64,000 bases of DNA from Cyanidioschyzon merolae (Eukaryota): NCBI GenBank assembly GCA_000091205.1, contig AP006498.2. One strand, given 5' to 3'. The notes under the pieces are model-generated. The model saw only the letters and a program-made list of their open reading frames with translations, ran no database searches and was not told the DNA's origin. This document shows, piece by piece, positions 20,967 to 32,701 of the stretch. Every line of letters starts with the position of its first letter. Position 1 is the stretch's first letter. The translations under genes were made by a program, and so were the position numbers.

Positions 20967-22646
20967 CTAAAAATTTGCCTCATCTTCCAGGATCGACACG
21001 AGCTCTTCCACATTCGCAACGGCTTGAATATGACAACGATCCCCGTAATATTGCTCAATCTCCTGTAATAACTGACGGCTCCAGTGATCGTAGATAAAGT
21101 TGATGGCGATCCCTTTGCGTCCAAAACGCCCGGTCCGCCCTACGCGATGCAGGTAGGTTTCGGGATCAGCGTGCCCTGTTCGATCCCGCGGCAGGTCGTA
21201 ATTCATCACCACCGTCGTTGCGAGCACGTCGACGCCACGCGACAACACGGAAGTGCTGATCAGGATACGGTCGGTGCCGGCACGGAAGGAGTCGATGACG
21301 CGGTCGCGCTCCTCGGGGGTCATGTCGCCGCCGTGCAGCAGCGCTACCGAGTGGCCGTCGGCGCGCATGCGGCGTGCCAACTCGGATGCATCACGCCTTC
21401 GCTCCACGAAAATAATGGATTGACCAATTCTTAGGGATCCGTAAATATCGCTGAGTACCTGGAAACGGCCTTCGGATGAACCACAATCGATATAGAACTG
21501 TTTCACGTTATCCAGACTGAGTTGCTCTCTCTTGACAGTGATTTGATTCGCATTTGGCACCACTTTGAGGGCAAAGTCGCGCACATGATCCGGATAGGTT
21601 GCGGAAAACAAAAGCGTTTGCACGTCCGGTGAAAGCAGTTTCTTGATGCGCAGCGTTTGGTCACCCATACCCTGCGTGTCAATCATTTCATCTGCTTCGT
21701 CCAGCACGAGAATACGAATCGTCTTGCCGGAGAACACGCGGTGCCGCAAGAGATCCATGACCCGGCCCGGAGTGCCGACGATGATGTGATCACGAATGCT
21801 CGTGACGCGGGGCTGGCTGCGCTCTTCCTCTCCCTGCTTGACAGCCAGGTAGACACGGCAGCCTGTGTACTTGCCCAGGTTCATGATAACGTCTCGAATC
21901 TGCCGGGCGAGTTCACGCGTCGGCACCAAACAAAGCGCCTGGGGGACGTCTTTCGTCGTGTCTACTCGAGAAAGCATTCCGAGGACAAAGCAAGCCGTCT
22001 TACCCGAGCCATTGTGTGCTTGTGCGATGAGGTTGCGTGGAGGCGCTGCTAGGATCATCGGCAATGAAACTGCTTGAACTTTGCTCGGTTTGCTAAACTT
22101 CATGGAATAGACCCCCTGAAGGAGTTCAACAGGGAGACCAAGCTCTTCGAACGTGGCCGCCGACGTGTACAACGCACGGTCGTCGGAGAGCGTGACCTCG
22201 ACCTGATCGGCGCCCTCGACCTCGTTGAGTCCGCGTAGAGGCAGAGGCTCATCTACGTCGTCGTCCTCGTTGCCTTTGTCATCTTCATTATTGTTGCCTG
22301 CACCGTGAGCGCTGCTGGTCTTGCATGCGTCTTCGGAAGCCGCAGTTGTCGGCGCACTGGTTTTGCGTGCCGCGGAAGCGCCCGTGCTCTCGTGACCTCG
22401 ACCAAGCCTCGGGAGCCGCTCCAGCTGCGAAATAACTTGGTCTTCCTGCTTAGATGCTTCCTCGTTGGACTCTGCTTGAGAGGAAGGAGACGACGTTTCC
22501 GCAGCTGCTGCTGGTACTGCTGCCTCCGCGCTGCTCCCTGGTGGAGACTCCGTGCGCTTCACAGCTGTGGCCGAGGCCGCGGCCGGTGCCGCTCCGTTCC
22601 GAGTTGTCACATCTGAAGAGCTCATCTGTACAACTCTATCTGCCAT
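20967..22646 (-). CDS. DBP5: DEAD-box ATP-dependent RNA helicase, Dbp5/DDX19 subfamily (mRNA export). The ORF track starts at a GTG at 23030; the first ATG is at 22646.
   Basis: Q-motif region 'KFSKPSKVQAVSLPMILAAPPRNLIAQAHNGSGKTACFVLGMLSRV' matches DDX19 '[46 protein letters not shown]'. Also GTPGRV, VLDEADEM (DEAD box), SAT, and motifs V/VI in 'ILISTSVLSRGVDV' and 'HRVGRTGRFG'. Low-complexity Ala/Ser-rich N-terminus. Confidence 0.92.
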   Translation of the reverse strand: MADRVVQMSSSDVTTRNGAAPAAASATAVKRTESPPGSSAEAAVPAAAAETSSPSSQAESNEEASKQEDQVISQLERLPRLGRGHESTGASAARKTSAPTTAASEDACKTSSAHGAGNNNEDDKGNEDDDVDEPLPLRGLNEVEGADQVEVTLSDDRALYTSAATFEELGLPVELLQGVYSMKFSKPSKVQAVSLPMILAAPPRNLIAQAHNGSGKTACFVLGMLSRVDTTKDVPQALCLVPTRELARQIRDVIMNLGKYTGCRVYLAVKQGEEERSQPRVTSIRDHIIVGTPGRVMDLLRHRVFSGKTIRILVLDEADEMIDTQGMGDQTLRIKKLLSPDVQTLLFSATYPDHVRDFALKVVPNANQITVKREQLSLDNVKQFYIDCGSSEGRFQVLSDIYGSLRIGQSIIFVERRRDASELARRMRADGHSVALLHGGDMTPEERDRVIDSFRAGTDRILISTSVLSRGVDVLATTVVMNYDLPRDRTGHADPETYLHRVGRTGRFGRKGIAINFIYDHWSRQLLQEIEQYYGDRCHIQAVANVEELVSILEDEANF

Positions 22647-23146
22647 GACAACGAGACTATCCAGACAGCTACGCTTTCTTTCCACCGCCTGGAGAGTGCT
22701 CGAAAACAGGGCGACGAGGTAGTGGGGGCAGCGAATGCGAGCGCCGCCACAGACGCCACCAACATTGGATACTATTGGCAAGCTTTGTCCATAATCATGG
22801 CATGCGATTCGATTCTGGTCCACCGCCCCTGCATGCCATCGAACGCTTTTTCGCAGAACAGAGCAGGAGATGGAATTTTCTGTGTAATGTACTGAATTGA
22901 TCCCAGACGCATAGCGTATAGTATATATTCTGCAATGAACAGCGCATGACGGAATGCATGCCTCATTCAGGCCAGTCGTACAACTGGACTCGAATGGTTG
23001 AGGAACACTGAAAGAGTTACGTAGATGCACTTTGCGCTAGAAACCGATATTCTCAACGGCTGCTTGCAGTCCATGGCAAAAACGACGTGTTAGTCACTTT
23101 ACGGAAACCGGAATCGACGATAGTAGCCACCGCGGGCATCTCTGCC

Positions 23147-24270
23147 TCTCAATAGCTTGTTCGTCTGGCCCAGAATACGTTGGGAAACAGTCGCAAAGAT
23201 GCCCTAGTTCTTTCAGGGCCGTCTTCCACCGAAACCGCAACCACAGCTTTCTTGGAACTCGACGATCGGTATGAAGCGCAAGGACGTCGATTTTTGTTCT
23301 CAATCGATGAGACTTGCTTCGGACGAAACGGTCGGAGTGTATATGGGTATTGGCGGGGCATAGTGCCTGTTGCATGTATGATCCAACTCGGAGAGAACGA
23401 ATATATCATCATCCGTTCCAGCTCCAGTGGATACCTATGGCTGCCTCAGTCTCGCTCGCAGAGAAGGCTCATCCAGCAGCATCCACTCTGTCGAATCATT
23501 GAAGACCTTTCCCCATCTGACGCCTAGCGAAGCCCGCCTGCTGGACGACGGGATATTCCACTATTCCCGTTGCTTTCGAGCGTAGGCGGATTCTATCCGG
23601 GTAGAGCTGCTTTTCATTCCTTCGTAATCTCCATGATTCGCCCAGATTCAGGCAGCGTTTTCTATTGTGAAACGTAATGCTCGCTCTGCTGGGCACATCG
23701 CTAAAGCGTTCGGCACACGTTTACAAAACGGCACTTTTCGTCGTTCTTCCGCAAGTCAATCTCCCTACGGGAAGGTTCTCACCCAGAGGCATCAGGGAGT
23801 GCACGCATTTTCAAAACTAAGAAATCTAAAGGAAAGTTTCGGGCATGGAAGTCAGGGATCCCGGAAGGCCGTTATCGCCGGCTGCCGAAAAAACTCCACA
23901 ATCCTCCTCTCGCCCACGGTGGGGCGAAGAAGAGCAAGTCACGAAGAGAAAGAACAGGGAAAATAGAGGAGAAAAAGTGTTTTCCTGATGAGACGATGAC
24001 GGTACTGTAGTGACACCGAGGGCACGAGTTCTGACAATCCTTGCAAAGGTGAATTCCATCAGAAGCAAGAAACGCATGGAGTTCGTGAACCGAGACTTCA
24101 GCGCGGCCATCAGTATCAGACGGCATGTGGTACTGAAGCCGACACCCGAGGAGCTGAAGCCATCCAACGTCACGGGGGAGGCTCTCAGGCTCGAAGTGTG
24201 CCCGGATAACCTGGAACCGATAGCAGTGGGCCGGTCGAAAAGGCAGGGAGGCGTCTGCAAGTGCATATAT
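23147..24270 (+). repeat. Dispersed repeat family B, copy 1 (~1.1 kb; begins ...tctcaatagcttgttcg..., ends ...ggccggtcgaaaa.ggc.gggaggcgtctgca)
   Basis: Co-linear blocks at ~75-80% identity with 56163..57200, in the same orientation. Shared short ORF peptide motifs: MMIYSFS...LRPFR.K...NRR.CASYR; AALKSRFTNSMRFL; KKRMEFVNRDF.AAI.IRR. Confidence 0.6.
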
Positions 24271-25919
24271 ATGTACCCTCCATAGTCGCGAAACAATGCT
24301 GATTTTATTGATCACATGTGGCGTAAAAAATCGTTTCCTGTTCACGAGGAGATTTCCATAGCCTCTCTCCTGATCATTTATTGGTTAATCATCGGGAGTC
24401 TTCAGCGGTTGAGGATAATCCCCACAATATGTAGTATACGATGTCATCAAAATTTGCTCGACATGAACCTGCGAGACATTCCGGAACCTCGACAGCCTTC
24501 CCAGACTTGAATCATAGCGCTCAAGTCTCGGTGTAGAAAGTGCTCGCGAGTGTATAACTATTGGTGTTATCACACCACAGCAAGCTTGTCAGCTTGGATT
24601 GCCTGGAAATCTGGCGTTCGCTCACCTTTTACTACATCACCTCGTGCATCCGCCTCTGTCTCACTTTCTTTTCTGCAAGTTTCAGCATGCACCTGAGCTC
24701 TTCATGCGAGCAAGTCTTACCGATCTCATTGATGGGAATCGAACACAGTCGACTCCTCGACTCGCTACATGCTGCCGTCCAGGGAGCAGGAGTGCAGTTC
24801 GTGCACGCTACAGCACATCCGCTGTTGTAGGTTGACATCAAACGACGCGAGTGACGAGTCATTTTCTTTTGTTTCTCACAGAGCAAGCTCGCGAGAGCAC
24901 GCTGCTTGCCTCCGTACGATTGCAGTGGTTGGTGACCTCGGCGCAATGCTCAGCCTGCACCCGAAGCACATTTTTACCATCCATAGGACGGTACTAGGTA
25001 CCGCCACAGCGTAAGAAAAATCAGCCAGTTCGCCTTTGGTGCTCGGACTTGTGCGTGACGAGCATCGAATGATGGTAGGAGCACTCGCTCAATCTGTCAA
25101 TAGTCCTGATCCTCAACGGAAACATGTGCACTCTCAAGGACAGGATCCCAAAGGCGCAATTACGTGGAGCTTTGCAACAGCAATTCGAGATTCCACGTTC
25201 GGTATGGTTTTTCGAGAGAGGCTTGCAAAATCTCTTATCCTCACAGCTCCGCGACCTGAATTCGTACAAGTTGTGCAGGCTATCTTGCTAGTTACAAAGG
25301 CGACAAAAGCGCCTCTCACTGAAGAGAAGCCGGTTGCGATATAGGATACATACTCGCGTCTCTCGTGGTGCTATGCGGTTGTTAATTTGGACCAGAGGAG
25401 CACGGGCCCAATGGCTCAGGTGCTCGGCGCTTATCGTGACGCTAGACTCGCTCGGACAATTACGCGCTTTTCCATTTCGTCATGGCGTTTGATCCTTAGC
25501 GCGTACGGAGCCGGCGAGCGACCGTTTCCGCATTCGCCATGTTCTCGGTTGTGGTTATCGCTGACTTGAATCCCGTTCAGAAACAGATCCAAGTCCATGG
25601 GTGTACGGCTCACAAAAGCACCGGTTCCAGCGATCGATCGACCGGCTGACGCAGCATCTATTCCGAATACGGCTCTGTCGACATACGGCATAAGCGGCTC
25701 TGTGCGGCAGCTACACGAGCACCCTGTAGTTCACTTGCAGGCGAATGCGATGGATCCCTCGAACACGCTCAAGACTGCCATACGTTCTGGAAGGATGACC
25801 GGTGTGCATACGGCAGCGTGGAACCTTGCGCTTGTGGCCTGCCATGGAGCGCGACACCGATGCAGCTGCCGCGGACGCCTACAACACCATCCCAGGTGAG
25901 AAGCCTCTGAACATAACGC

Positions 25920-26909
25920 TCAGCTCGCCTCCAGCGGATGCTGGAGCGCTCCAGCAATTGCTTTTTCAACGAAAGGTGGCAGAACGAAGGCAGACTCGTG
26001 CATCTCGGGACTGTAGTAGCGCAGGTGACGTTGCAGTTTTTCACTGGGTCGCCGAGCCGCGTGTCGTGGTCGACCGCCGTTGCGCCATACCGTTCCCTTT
26101 CCACAGAGCAGGAATCCTATCTGGCCACTCGGATAGGTCGGAACGCTCGCTGAAGCGTACTCAACCACATCGAAGATATTGCGAAGGATGCGCACAACAC
26201 TGACGATGAGATCAAGGTGCAACCAAAAACTCTCCCCCTGAACACATGCAATGCCACCCTCCCGAAGAGCGGCATACATCGATCTGAAGAAGGGTTCCTG
26301 ATAAAGACTTTCCGCTGGACCCAGCGGATCTGAAGAGTCCGTGATGATCACATCAAACTGCGACTGATGCTGTTGCATGAAAGCCGCTCCATCCATGATC
26401 GCGATCGACACTTTGGCGTTGGTTCCATCGAGTGCGCCCCCGGAAACCCCTGGTAGATAGTCCCGACTCACTCGTATCACATCTTCGTCCAACTCGCAAA
26501 GCACAACTTTTTCAAGCATCTTATCCACAGCGTCGTGTCGCAGAACCTCCCGCAGCACGCCGCCGTCGCCGCCGCCAACCACCAGCACCCGCTCGGGTCG
26601 CGGGTGTGCAAACATCGGCAAGTGTGTGATCATCTCCTGGTACGCAAACTCGTCTCGTTCTGTGACCTGAATAGCTCCATCGAGAACCAATACACGGCCG
26701 TGTGCTCTGGAGTCAAAAACCAAAATGTCTTGGAAGCGAGAGCGCCCCTGGTACAGAACGCGCTGAACCTCCAGTGCCAGCGCCTGCCCCGGCCACAGGG
26801 GGCTTCGTTCCATGAACCAACCTCCTTGGATACATTCGACCAACTCACGGCCATTTGTAGCGGCTGAGTCCCGATCAGCATTAAGCGGACTAGGATTTTG
26901 TGTATTCAT
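25920..26909 (-). CDS. SPDS: Spermidine synthase (aminopropyltransferase, SpeE/SPDS family). The ORF runs on to 27260, but the plausible start is the ATG at 26909 (MNTQNPSPL...).
   Basis: 'ERVLVVGGGDGGVLREVLRH' (the GGGDGG SAM/dcSAM-binding signature), 'VDKMLEKVVLCELDEDVI', 'FDVIITDSSDPLGPAESLYQEPFF' and 'GESFWLHLDLI' are characteristic of spermidine synthases. ~329 aa from 26909. Confidence 0.9.
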   Translation of the reverse strand: MNTQNPSPLNADRDSAATNGRELVECIQGGWFMERSPLWPGQALALEVQRVLYQGRSRFQDILVFDSRAHGRVLVLDGAIQVTERDEFAYQEMITHLPMFAHPRPERVLVVGGGDGGVLREVLRHDAVDKMLEKVVLCELDEDVIRVSRDYLPGVSGGALDGTNAKVSIAIMDGAAFMQQHQSQFDVIITDSSDPLGPAESLYQEPFFRSMYAALREGGIACVQGESFWLHLDLIVSVVRILRNIFDVVEYASASVPTYPSGQIGFLLCGKGTVWRNGGRPRHAARRPSEKLQRHLRYYSPEMHESAFVLPPFVEKAIAGALQHPLEAS

Positions 26910-27256
26910 CTGGTGTAGGTGCTCCCAAAGCGGAAACGCTGGATGCGTTCCAAGCACGTGCTCCTTAGCGCAGCAGCCGCTGCGTACGTCGTACCGAGGC
27001 GCCGCACGCCGTTGCTGCTTCGGGATTCCCGGCAGCGATTTGCGTTCGCGGCATATGATCGTCGAAGCAGGCGTCAGCGGTCGCTTGTTCATGACAAGGA
27101 GGCACCATATGTCGAGCTGGCGTCCGTCAGGGCCTCGTACGGGCGCTGCCTGTACCCGAGAGCAATCACGGATCCAGCGGATCGAGGTAAGATGTATCGA
27201 TTTTTCAGTATGAAAAAGAGCAGTGGCCTTCTTCTCGTATTGTCGGGTATGAGTAT

Positions 27257-27566
27257 GCATCCACGCAATTCAGCTACGATTCATCCACGTCTCCGTATTG
27301 CAAGGAGCAGCAATCCTCTTCTCACATTTTCGGGTATCATTAGGCATCCACGCAATCCAGGCACGATTCATCCACGTCTCCGTATTGCAAGGAGCAGCAA
27401 TCCTCTTCTCACATTTTCGGGTATCATTAGGCATCCACGGAATCCAGGCACGATTCATCCACGTCTCCGTATTGCAAGGAGCAGCAATCCTCTTCTCACA
27501 TTTTCGGGTATCATTAGGCATCCACGCAATCCAGCTACGATGCATCCACGTCTCCGTATTGCAAAA
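27257..27566. repeat. Perfect or near-perfect 87-bp tandem repeat, ~3.6 units (unit gcatccacgcaat...gggtatcattag)
   Basis: Unit starts read at 27257, 27344, 27431 and 27518 (period 87). It lies just upstream of the spermidine synthase ATG. It is in frame in + ORF 26919..27674, giving a 29-aa peptide repeat (HPRNSATIHPRLRIARSSNPLLTFSGIIR). Confidence 0.9.
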
Positions 27567-29768
27567 CGGTTTCAGCCTCTGCGGTTGCGCTGCCGCATGT
27601 TCTCCGTCGATGCTTCAGCGGCGCATCACTCTGAAGCAATTCGACATTCGGTTTCTCGCAGAGGGTGTGTGTAGAGGCGTGCCTCTACCCGTTTTTCATC
27701 GAGAACCACACACTTTACTGCCGGTCGATCGGAAGCTCTCCATGATATGGATCCAGGGCGCCGCCGACGAGACGGTTTCTACCGTCTAGTGGAAGATGAG
27801 GAGGCTGGCACCGGCCAGTCGACCGCGGTGCGCTCCCAGAGGGGAAACGCAGGTGCGTCTCTTCGCCCCGGAGCTTTGGGTTCCGTATGGGTCGCTGTTC
27901 AGGTGGTGACCGTGGGTGCAGTGCTGGTGCTTTTCACCACAGGCATCCTGTACGGTGCGCAGCGGCTCTGGTTAGAGCCACAGATGAACGCTGCGCACGG
28001 CAAGCTGGACACGGCAGCAGAGGCGCAGCTGCGCTCTGCCCTAGACGTAAACGCGACCGTTGTTGAGAACGCTCGCCAGGCGGTGCTCTTCACACCTAGC
28101 GCATGAGTAAGTACGCCAAGCGAATGATGCGGAACTATATACCTTATCTACATTGACGGAGGTTGATTTCTTACCGAAATCTTCGATGAGGAGCATACCA
28201 AGACTCCTTGGCTGACGCTGAGTACCAGAGACTAACCGGACCCGAGTGACGTGGAACTCGCTCACAACGGCGAGTGAGCGTCTCGCTAACTTAAACAGGC
28301 CTTGGGGAGGTATCCGGGAGTTCGCGATTTCACCACACGGGTTTTTGTGTCGAACGCATGGAGGTTCCAACGCCCAGTTCGTCGAGATTTTACGCCCGGC
28401 AAACCGAAGCTGGAGTTTTACGCAGAAGGCGGTGTGCTGCTTCGACAGGTGGACATCGACCTCCTGAACGCTGAGCAGATTGCGCTCGTTCTGGAGAAAC
28501 ATGGATTCCCACGAATGCCTCCGTGATCGTTGAATAGCCGCGAGCACTGCAACGTGACCATGAAGCGGCTTCTATAAAGGCGCGCTCGCCGGGGAAGCGG
28601 CTGACCCGTTCCAGTGCTTGGGGCAGCAAAGGAACGAAGGGAACTTTTTCGGTTCAGGGAAGGATTATCATTTAAAGGACTAGAGACGAGTGCCGGTGTA
28701 CGCAGGCGATGAGCGACATTCCTGAAATAACGCGGCGGTCGCACCCGCATATGCTATAGAGTGTCCGGGGGGCGGCGCCCGCCGATATCTCCACCAGATG
28801 TCCCTCGGTCCATTGTCCAAGAACAAGCGCATGCACGCAGATTCAGCGCTCAGAACGTCGCCAGGTATGAACTTGTATCCCAGGAGACGTCAGTCTCCAC
28901 CACAACGCCGTGGTTCGCAGGTGATAACGCCGCTGCGGGCACCGTGCACACATGCCATGCACCGTGTGTGTCATGGGTGCACGTCAATAGTGCTGGCAGG
29001 TGATGCGCTCCTGGTGTACAGCACGCGACACAGGCCGCGGCTGATTGAAGCCAATCGATGTGGCGCTCGTGCTTTTGCATGCTGGAGTTCACTGGGGTCT
29101 ACGCTCGCGCCTCTGGGACGTGCGTTCCGAAAAACAAGGATATGGCGGGGCCAGTTGGAGCTTGGTGCAGCTGCAATACCACGCGAAACATCCGAGGAAC
29201 ATGGTGTCCTGAGCTCTGCTCTCCAAGTATGAGAACAACATCTTGATCGCCACGATTACGATGTTCTGGGAAGATATCACATGAAATTCGCTCACGCTGT
29301 AACTGCTTTGACGGATCCTGCCTAGCAGTTACGATGCGACAACACTGGCGCGATTGCGATTCCATTCCTGAGTGCAAGAGATGGATGCATGTACTGACCA
29401 GGAATCCGCCGAATGCGAATTTCGTACCGTGTTCAGGGAAGCAACCATTAATATACCCTAGGCGCTTGCAGTGCCCCGAGCAACATACTACATTCGCAGA
29501 GGTCCGTTCAAACGGCCTTTTGGATTCCGAACTTATCGGGGTCGCGTCCTGCGGCATTGAAAGCGTTATTGCGGGCGCTATGCACGGAAACAGAACGCTT
29601 TCGCCATAGACAGGCGAGCGTCAACGCGAGCGGTCTTCAGGGACACTGCGCATGATGCTGTTTGTTTGCACGTGCGCCATAAAACGGCATCCAAGCGGAG
29701 AAATGCTACGGCCTCGATCACGTCATTGTAATGCCCGGAAATCCACTGGTCATTATGCAGCATTTTGA

Positions 29769-31823
29769 TTAGCCATGCTCGATTCGCCGTCCCGCGGCCA
29801 TATGGGGCGCTTGTTGAGCACGATGTGAAAGCATGGTACACGGAATGCCGCCGCCACAAACGTAATATTGTCCGTCCACATAGAGAATTCGACAAAGGCT
29901 GTCCGAAAGCTGGGCGCCAACTTCAGATCCCTGCCAAGACGCTTCCACTGGGGACGGATTCAAGGCAGATGGCGGTTCCCGTTCAACCGCGGGTGTCGAT
30001 GGATATCCCTCTGTCCTGGGTGACGTGGCAGTCGTCTCTGTATCTGTGGGCAGGTGCGTGAAGAGGCGTCTGTTCTGAGGCAATGGAATTCCTCTCGCAG
30101 ACGTCTTTGACTGCGAATCATCGGAGGTAAACGGTGTGGACGACGACGTCCTTCGCACGCTTTCATCCATAAGGTACTCGAAATCATCACGTTCACCGCT
30201 CCTATGCCGCGCAAAGGCGGTACTATTCGTTGATTCGAGGTCCAAAGCCGATGACGCGTTTCGAGAACCTTCAAGCCGTTCTCGGTGTGCTTCCAGGTAT
30301 ACCTGGGGGTCACTTAGAAGAAGATCCACAGGGTCTGCTGGGAGATTTTCAACAGGTCCACGCCAGTCCTGTGAAGCGTATTGTTGCTCCTCCACGATTT
30401 CCCGTGCGATATCCGCGAGCTCTCTCTCAATCAATGCATCCATGGCACAATGCGTTACGTAGCTGAGATCCACCATGGATCGCCACCATGGCGCTACCAG
30501 TCGCCCGGAAGCGCTGCTCGTATTTCCGGATGCGTCGACCTTACAGAGCCAGTTCAACAGGACCAGCGGCAGATTCCGCAAAAAAACTTGGTTGCATTCT
30601 AAGCGGGCGATGGCGTGCTGGCCCAGTTGTTTGATGGCTTCGTGAGATGCCGCCCCGTCCAACTCCGCATCCCAGGCAAAGGAGTGATACCTCTCTTGCA
30701 GTAGCAAACGTGTATCGAAAGCGCTCCGAACAAGAGCCCTTGCTCGATCCAATAGATGTTCCAGTGTGGGCGGATTTGCGTCCCGTATGGCAAGTTCTTC
30801 GGCGGGATCCTCCAATGCACGAAGCTCGCGCAAAAGCGATCGACATTGAAGATAGAAGCGAAGCACCAGCTGTAGGCCTCCGTTTTGGCACCATCCGCCG
30901 TTGAATAACCGCCACAGGAAGTATGCTTCTGTCTGAAGTACACCTTGCTCATAGACGGCCGCGTTGCTGAGCGCTCTCCAGGACTCGGCTACCGCCTCCC
31001 GCGCACGGTCCCGACTAGGGTGCCGGTTGCAAAAGCTACAAGCCTTGAGGGTCGCTAGGGCCCAGGCCCTGGGTAATGCCTCTTCGAGTTCCTTTTCTGC
31101 TCCAGTTTGTCGAGTGAATATAAGCTCAAGGAGAACGGGCTCCGCGAAGAAGCAGTCGATAAGTTGCGACAGCTCGGGTGTCGCGTTCGGAGTCACCTGG
31201 TCCATAGTTTGTCCTTCAGCACTGACGCCAGTATCGCTTTCTGTTCGTTTCCAACATTCCTCTTCGGCTACCAGGAAGCACTGCTGCAAGAAACGCCTCG
31301 CGCGTGGCGACTCGCCGCGCAAAAAAGGCGACCCCGATGGTACCGGGCGATGCCAACGACATGCCCACCGCTTTTGCCGCAGTCTACGCTGTTGTGAACA
31401 TTCCTGGAGAGCCCTGGAGAGCTTGAGAATCTCAGAGGAATCGTTACCCAAACCTGAACCCTTACCGAGCGGTGTCAAGGAGCGGCTCTCGGGGAACGTG
31501 CTCATACCAGAAACGATATCCAGTGAGATTGTGCTTTTTCTTCGCGTGCTCGACGCAGAGCGAACGCGCGTGTTGCTCATCCTTATCGTTTCGGGGGATA
31601 CCTCTGGTTCGATTCTGACAAGTTCTCGCGCAGCGCAAAACTCTGGCTTACTGACAGTATTTACGAGGCATGTCCAGGAATTATTATTCGAGGTTGAAAA
31701 GCGTGCGAGATGTATGCAGCACATACTGCATGATTTGAAAGACCAGGTCCCGTGCTCTGGATCTGGGGCTAGACTGCGTGAACGAACGAGCCCAGAGACG
31801 ATGGGTGTTGAAAAAGCGAGCAT
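29769..31823 (-). CDS. Hypothetical 684-aa protein, mainly alpha-helical and leucine-rich in the middle, with an S/T-rich C-terminal third. No recognised domain.
   Basis: A continuous 2-kb ORF from ATG 31823, within a gene-dense region. No motif identified by eye. Confidence 0.5.
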   Translation of the reverse strand: MLAFSTPIVSGLVRSRSLAPDPEHGTWSFKSCSMCCIHLARFSTSNNNSWTCLVNTVSKPEFCAARELVRIEPEVSPETIRMSNTRVRSASSTRRKSTISLDIVSGMSTFPESRSLTPLGKGSGLGNDSSEILKLSRALQECSQQRRLRQKRWACRWHRPVPSGSPFLRGESPRARRFLQQCFLVAEEECWKRTESDTGVSAEGQTMDQVTPNATPELSQLIDCFFAEPVLLELIFTRQTGAEKELEEALPRAWALATLKACSFCNRHPSRDRAREAVAESWRALSNAAVYEQGVLQTEAYFLWRLFNGGWCQNGGLQLVLRFYLQCRSLLRELRALEDPAEELAIRDANPPTLEHLLDRARALVRSAFDTRLLLQERYHSFAWDAELDGAASHEAIKQLGQHAIARLECNQVFLRNLPLVLLNWLCKVDASGNTSSASGRLVAPWWRSMVDLSYVTHCAMDALIERELADIAREIVEEQQYASQDWRGPVENLPADPVDLLLSDPQVYLEAHRERLEGSRNASSALDLESTNSTAFARHRSGERDDFEYLMDESVRRTSSSTPFTSDDSQSKTSARGIPLPQNRRLFTHLPTDTETTATSPRTEGYPSTPAVEREPPSALNPSPVEASWQGSEVGAQLSDSLCRILYVDGQYYVCGGGIPCTMLSHRAQQAPHMAAGRRIEHG

Positions 31824-32701
31824 GGGAAACCTCTTTGGCCTTATGCGCTTTTGTCAGCTCCATCGTGGTTGTGCTTCCACGTTACGTGCACCAGAGGAGC
31901 AGAAAGGCTCCCAGTGATCGGTTCCGGGGCTGGACCATCCGAAAACGATATAGAGGTCCGCAACATCCGCCAATACGCATGCAAGAAAATTTTCCGGACC
32001 CGATTACATTCACTTAGTCTCGTGAGCGCTAACTCGCTGGGAACACAAGTCATCTGGGGGCATTCATTCGACATGGAATTCGAAACGGACAGCGCTTGCA
32101 CTATACGCATCCCGTTGCGAGAAGCCCCATCGGCTTTCGAGCAGGCGCTCGGGTCTCGCCCTCGGAGACGCGACAAACTTGACGCCGGTCTCAAAGGCAA
32201 AACCCGTACCCCAACGAACACCGGGGTGTTGCGATTCCCAAATGCACGATGCCGCCGCCACATGCCTACGTTGATTATGCGGATGACTCTGAGTTCGGGG
32301 AACATTTTCTTGGCGACGCAAGCTCGCAGCCTGGGTCCGACGCGAATCCTGCTACCGCGTTGGTTTATACGCCGGTTCATTGTGCTCAGCGGAGTGCGTG
32401 GGATTCTACTGTACCAGTTCTTTGCTTTACAAACGCAACAAATAGCTAAACCCCGTTGATCTTATGATGCTGATGATCGCATCCGTGCCTACCAGGACGG
32501 CAGTGCGAGCGTTACCCTTGCAAGCGCTGACACGAAACGTTGCTCCGAGCTCCAGCAGAGACATCCATCCTTGTGATTCGTCTCGCGGTTTGGGAGCCAG
32601 CGTAGGTACGGAGGCCACGCTATCTCGATTCGCCCAGATTTCACGGCAAGTCTGAGAATCAAGTGACGGTCGAGCACGAACATCATTTGACGTGCGACAA
32701 G

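Noticed and set aside
22647-23030. Upstream parts of supplied ORFs whose first codon is GTG/TTG (this example is DBP5 22647..23030; the same applies to RPN1 52028..52057 and USP 37025..37072). Long in-frame extensions also run upstream of APC10, SPDS, SNU13, BET1 and the coiled-coil gene.
   Set aside because: The ORF caller accepts alternative starts. In GC-rich DNA stop codons are sparse, so frames run on upstream of the real ATG. Homology to orthologs begins well downstream, so these were trimmed to the first sensible ATG.
28302-28526. 74-aa ORF with a tidy-looking C-terminal half (KPKLEFYAEGGVLLRQVDIDLLNAEQIALVLEKHGF)
   Set aside because: The ORF-track 'M' is a TTG. There is no in-frame ATG until the last three codons, and I could not match it to a family.
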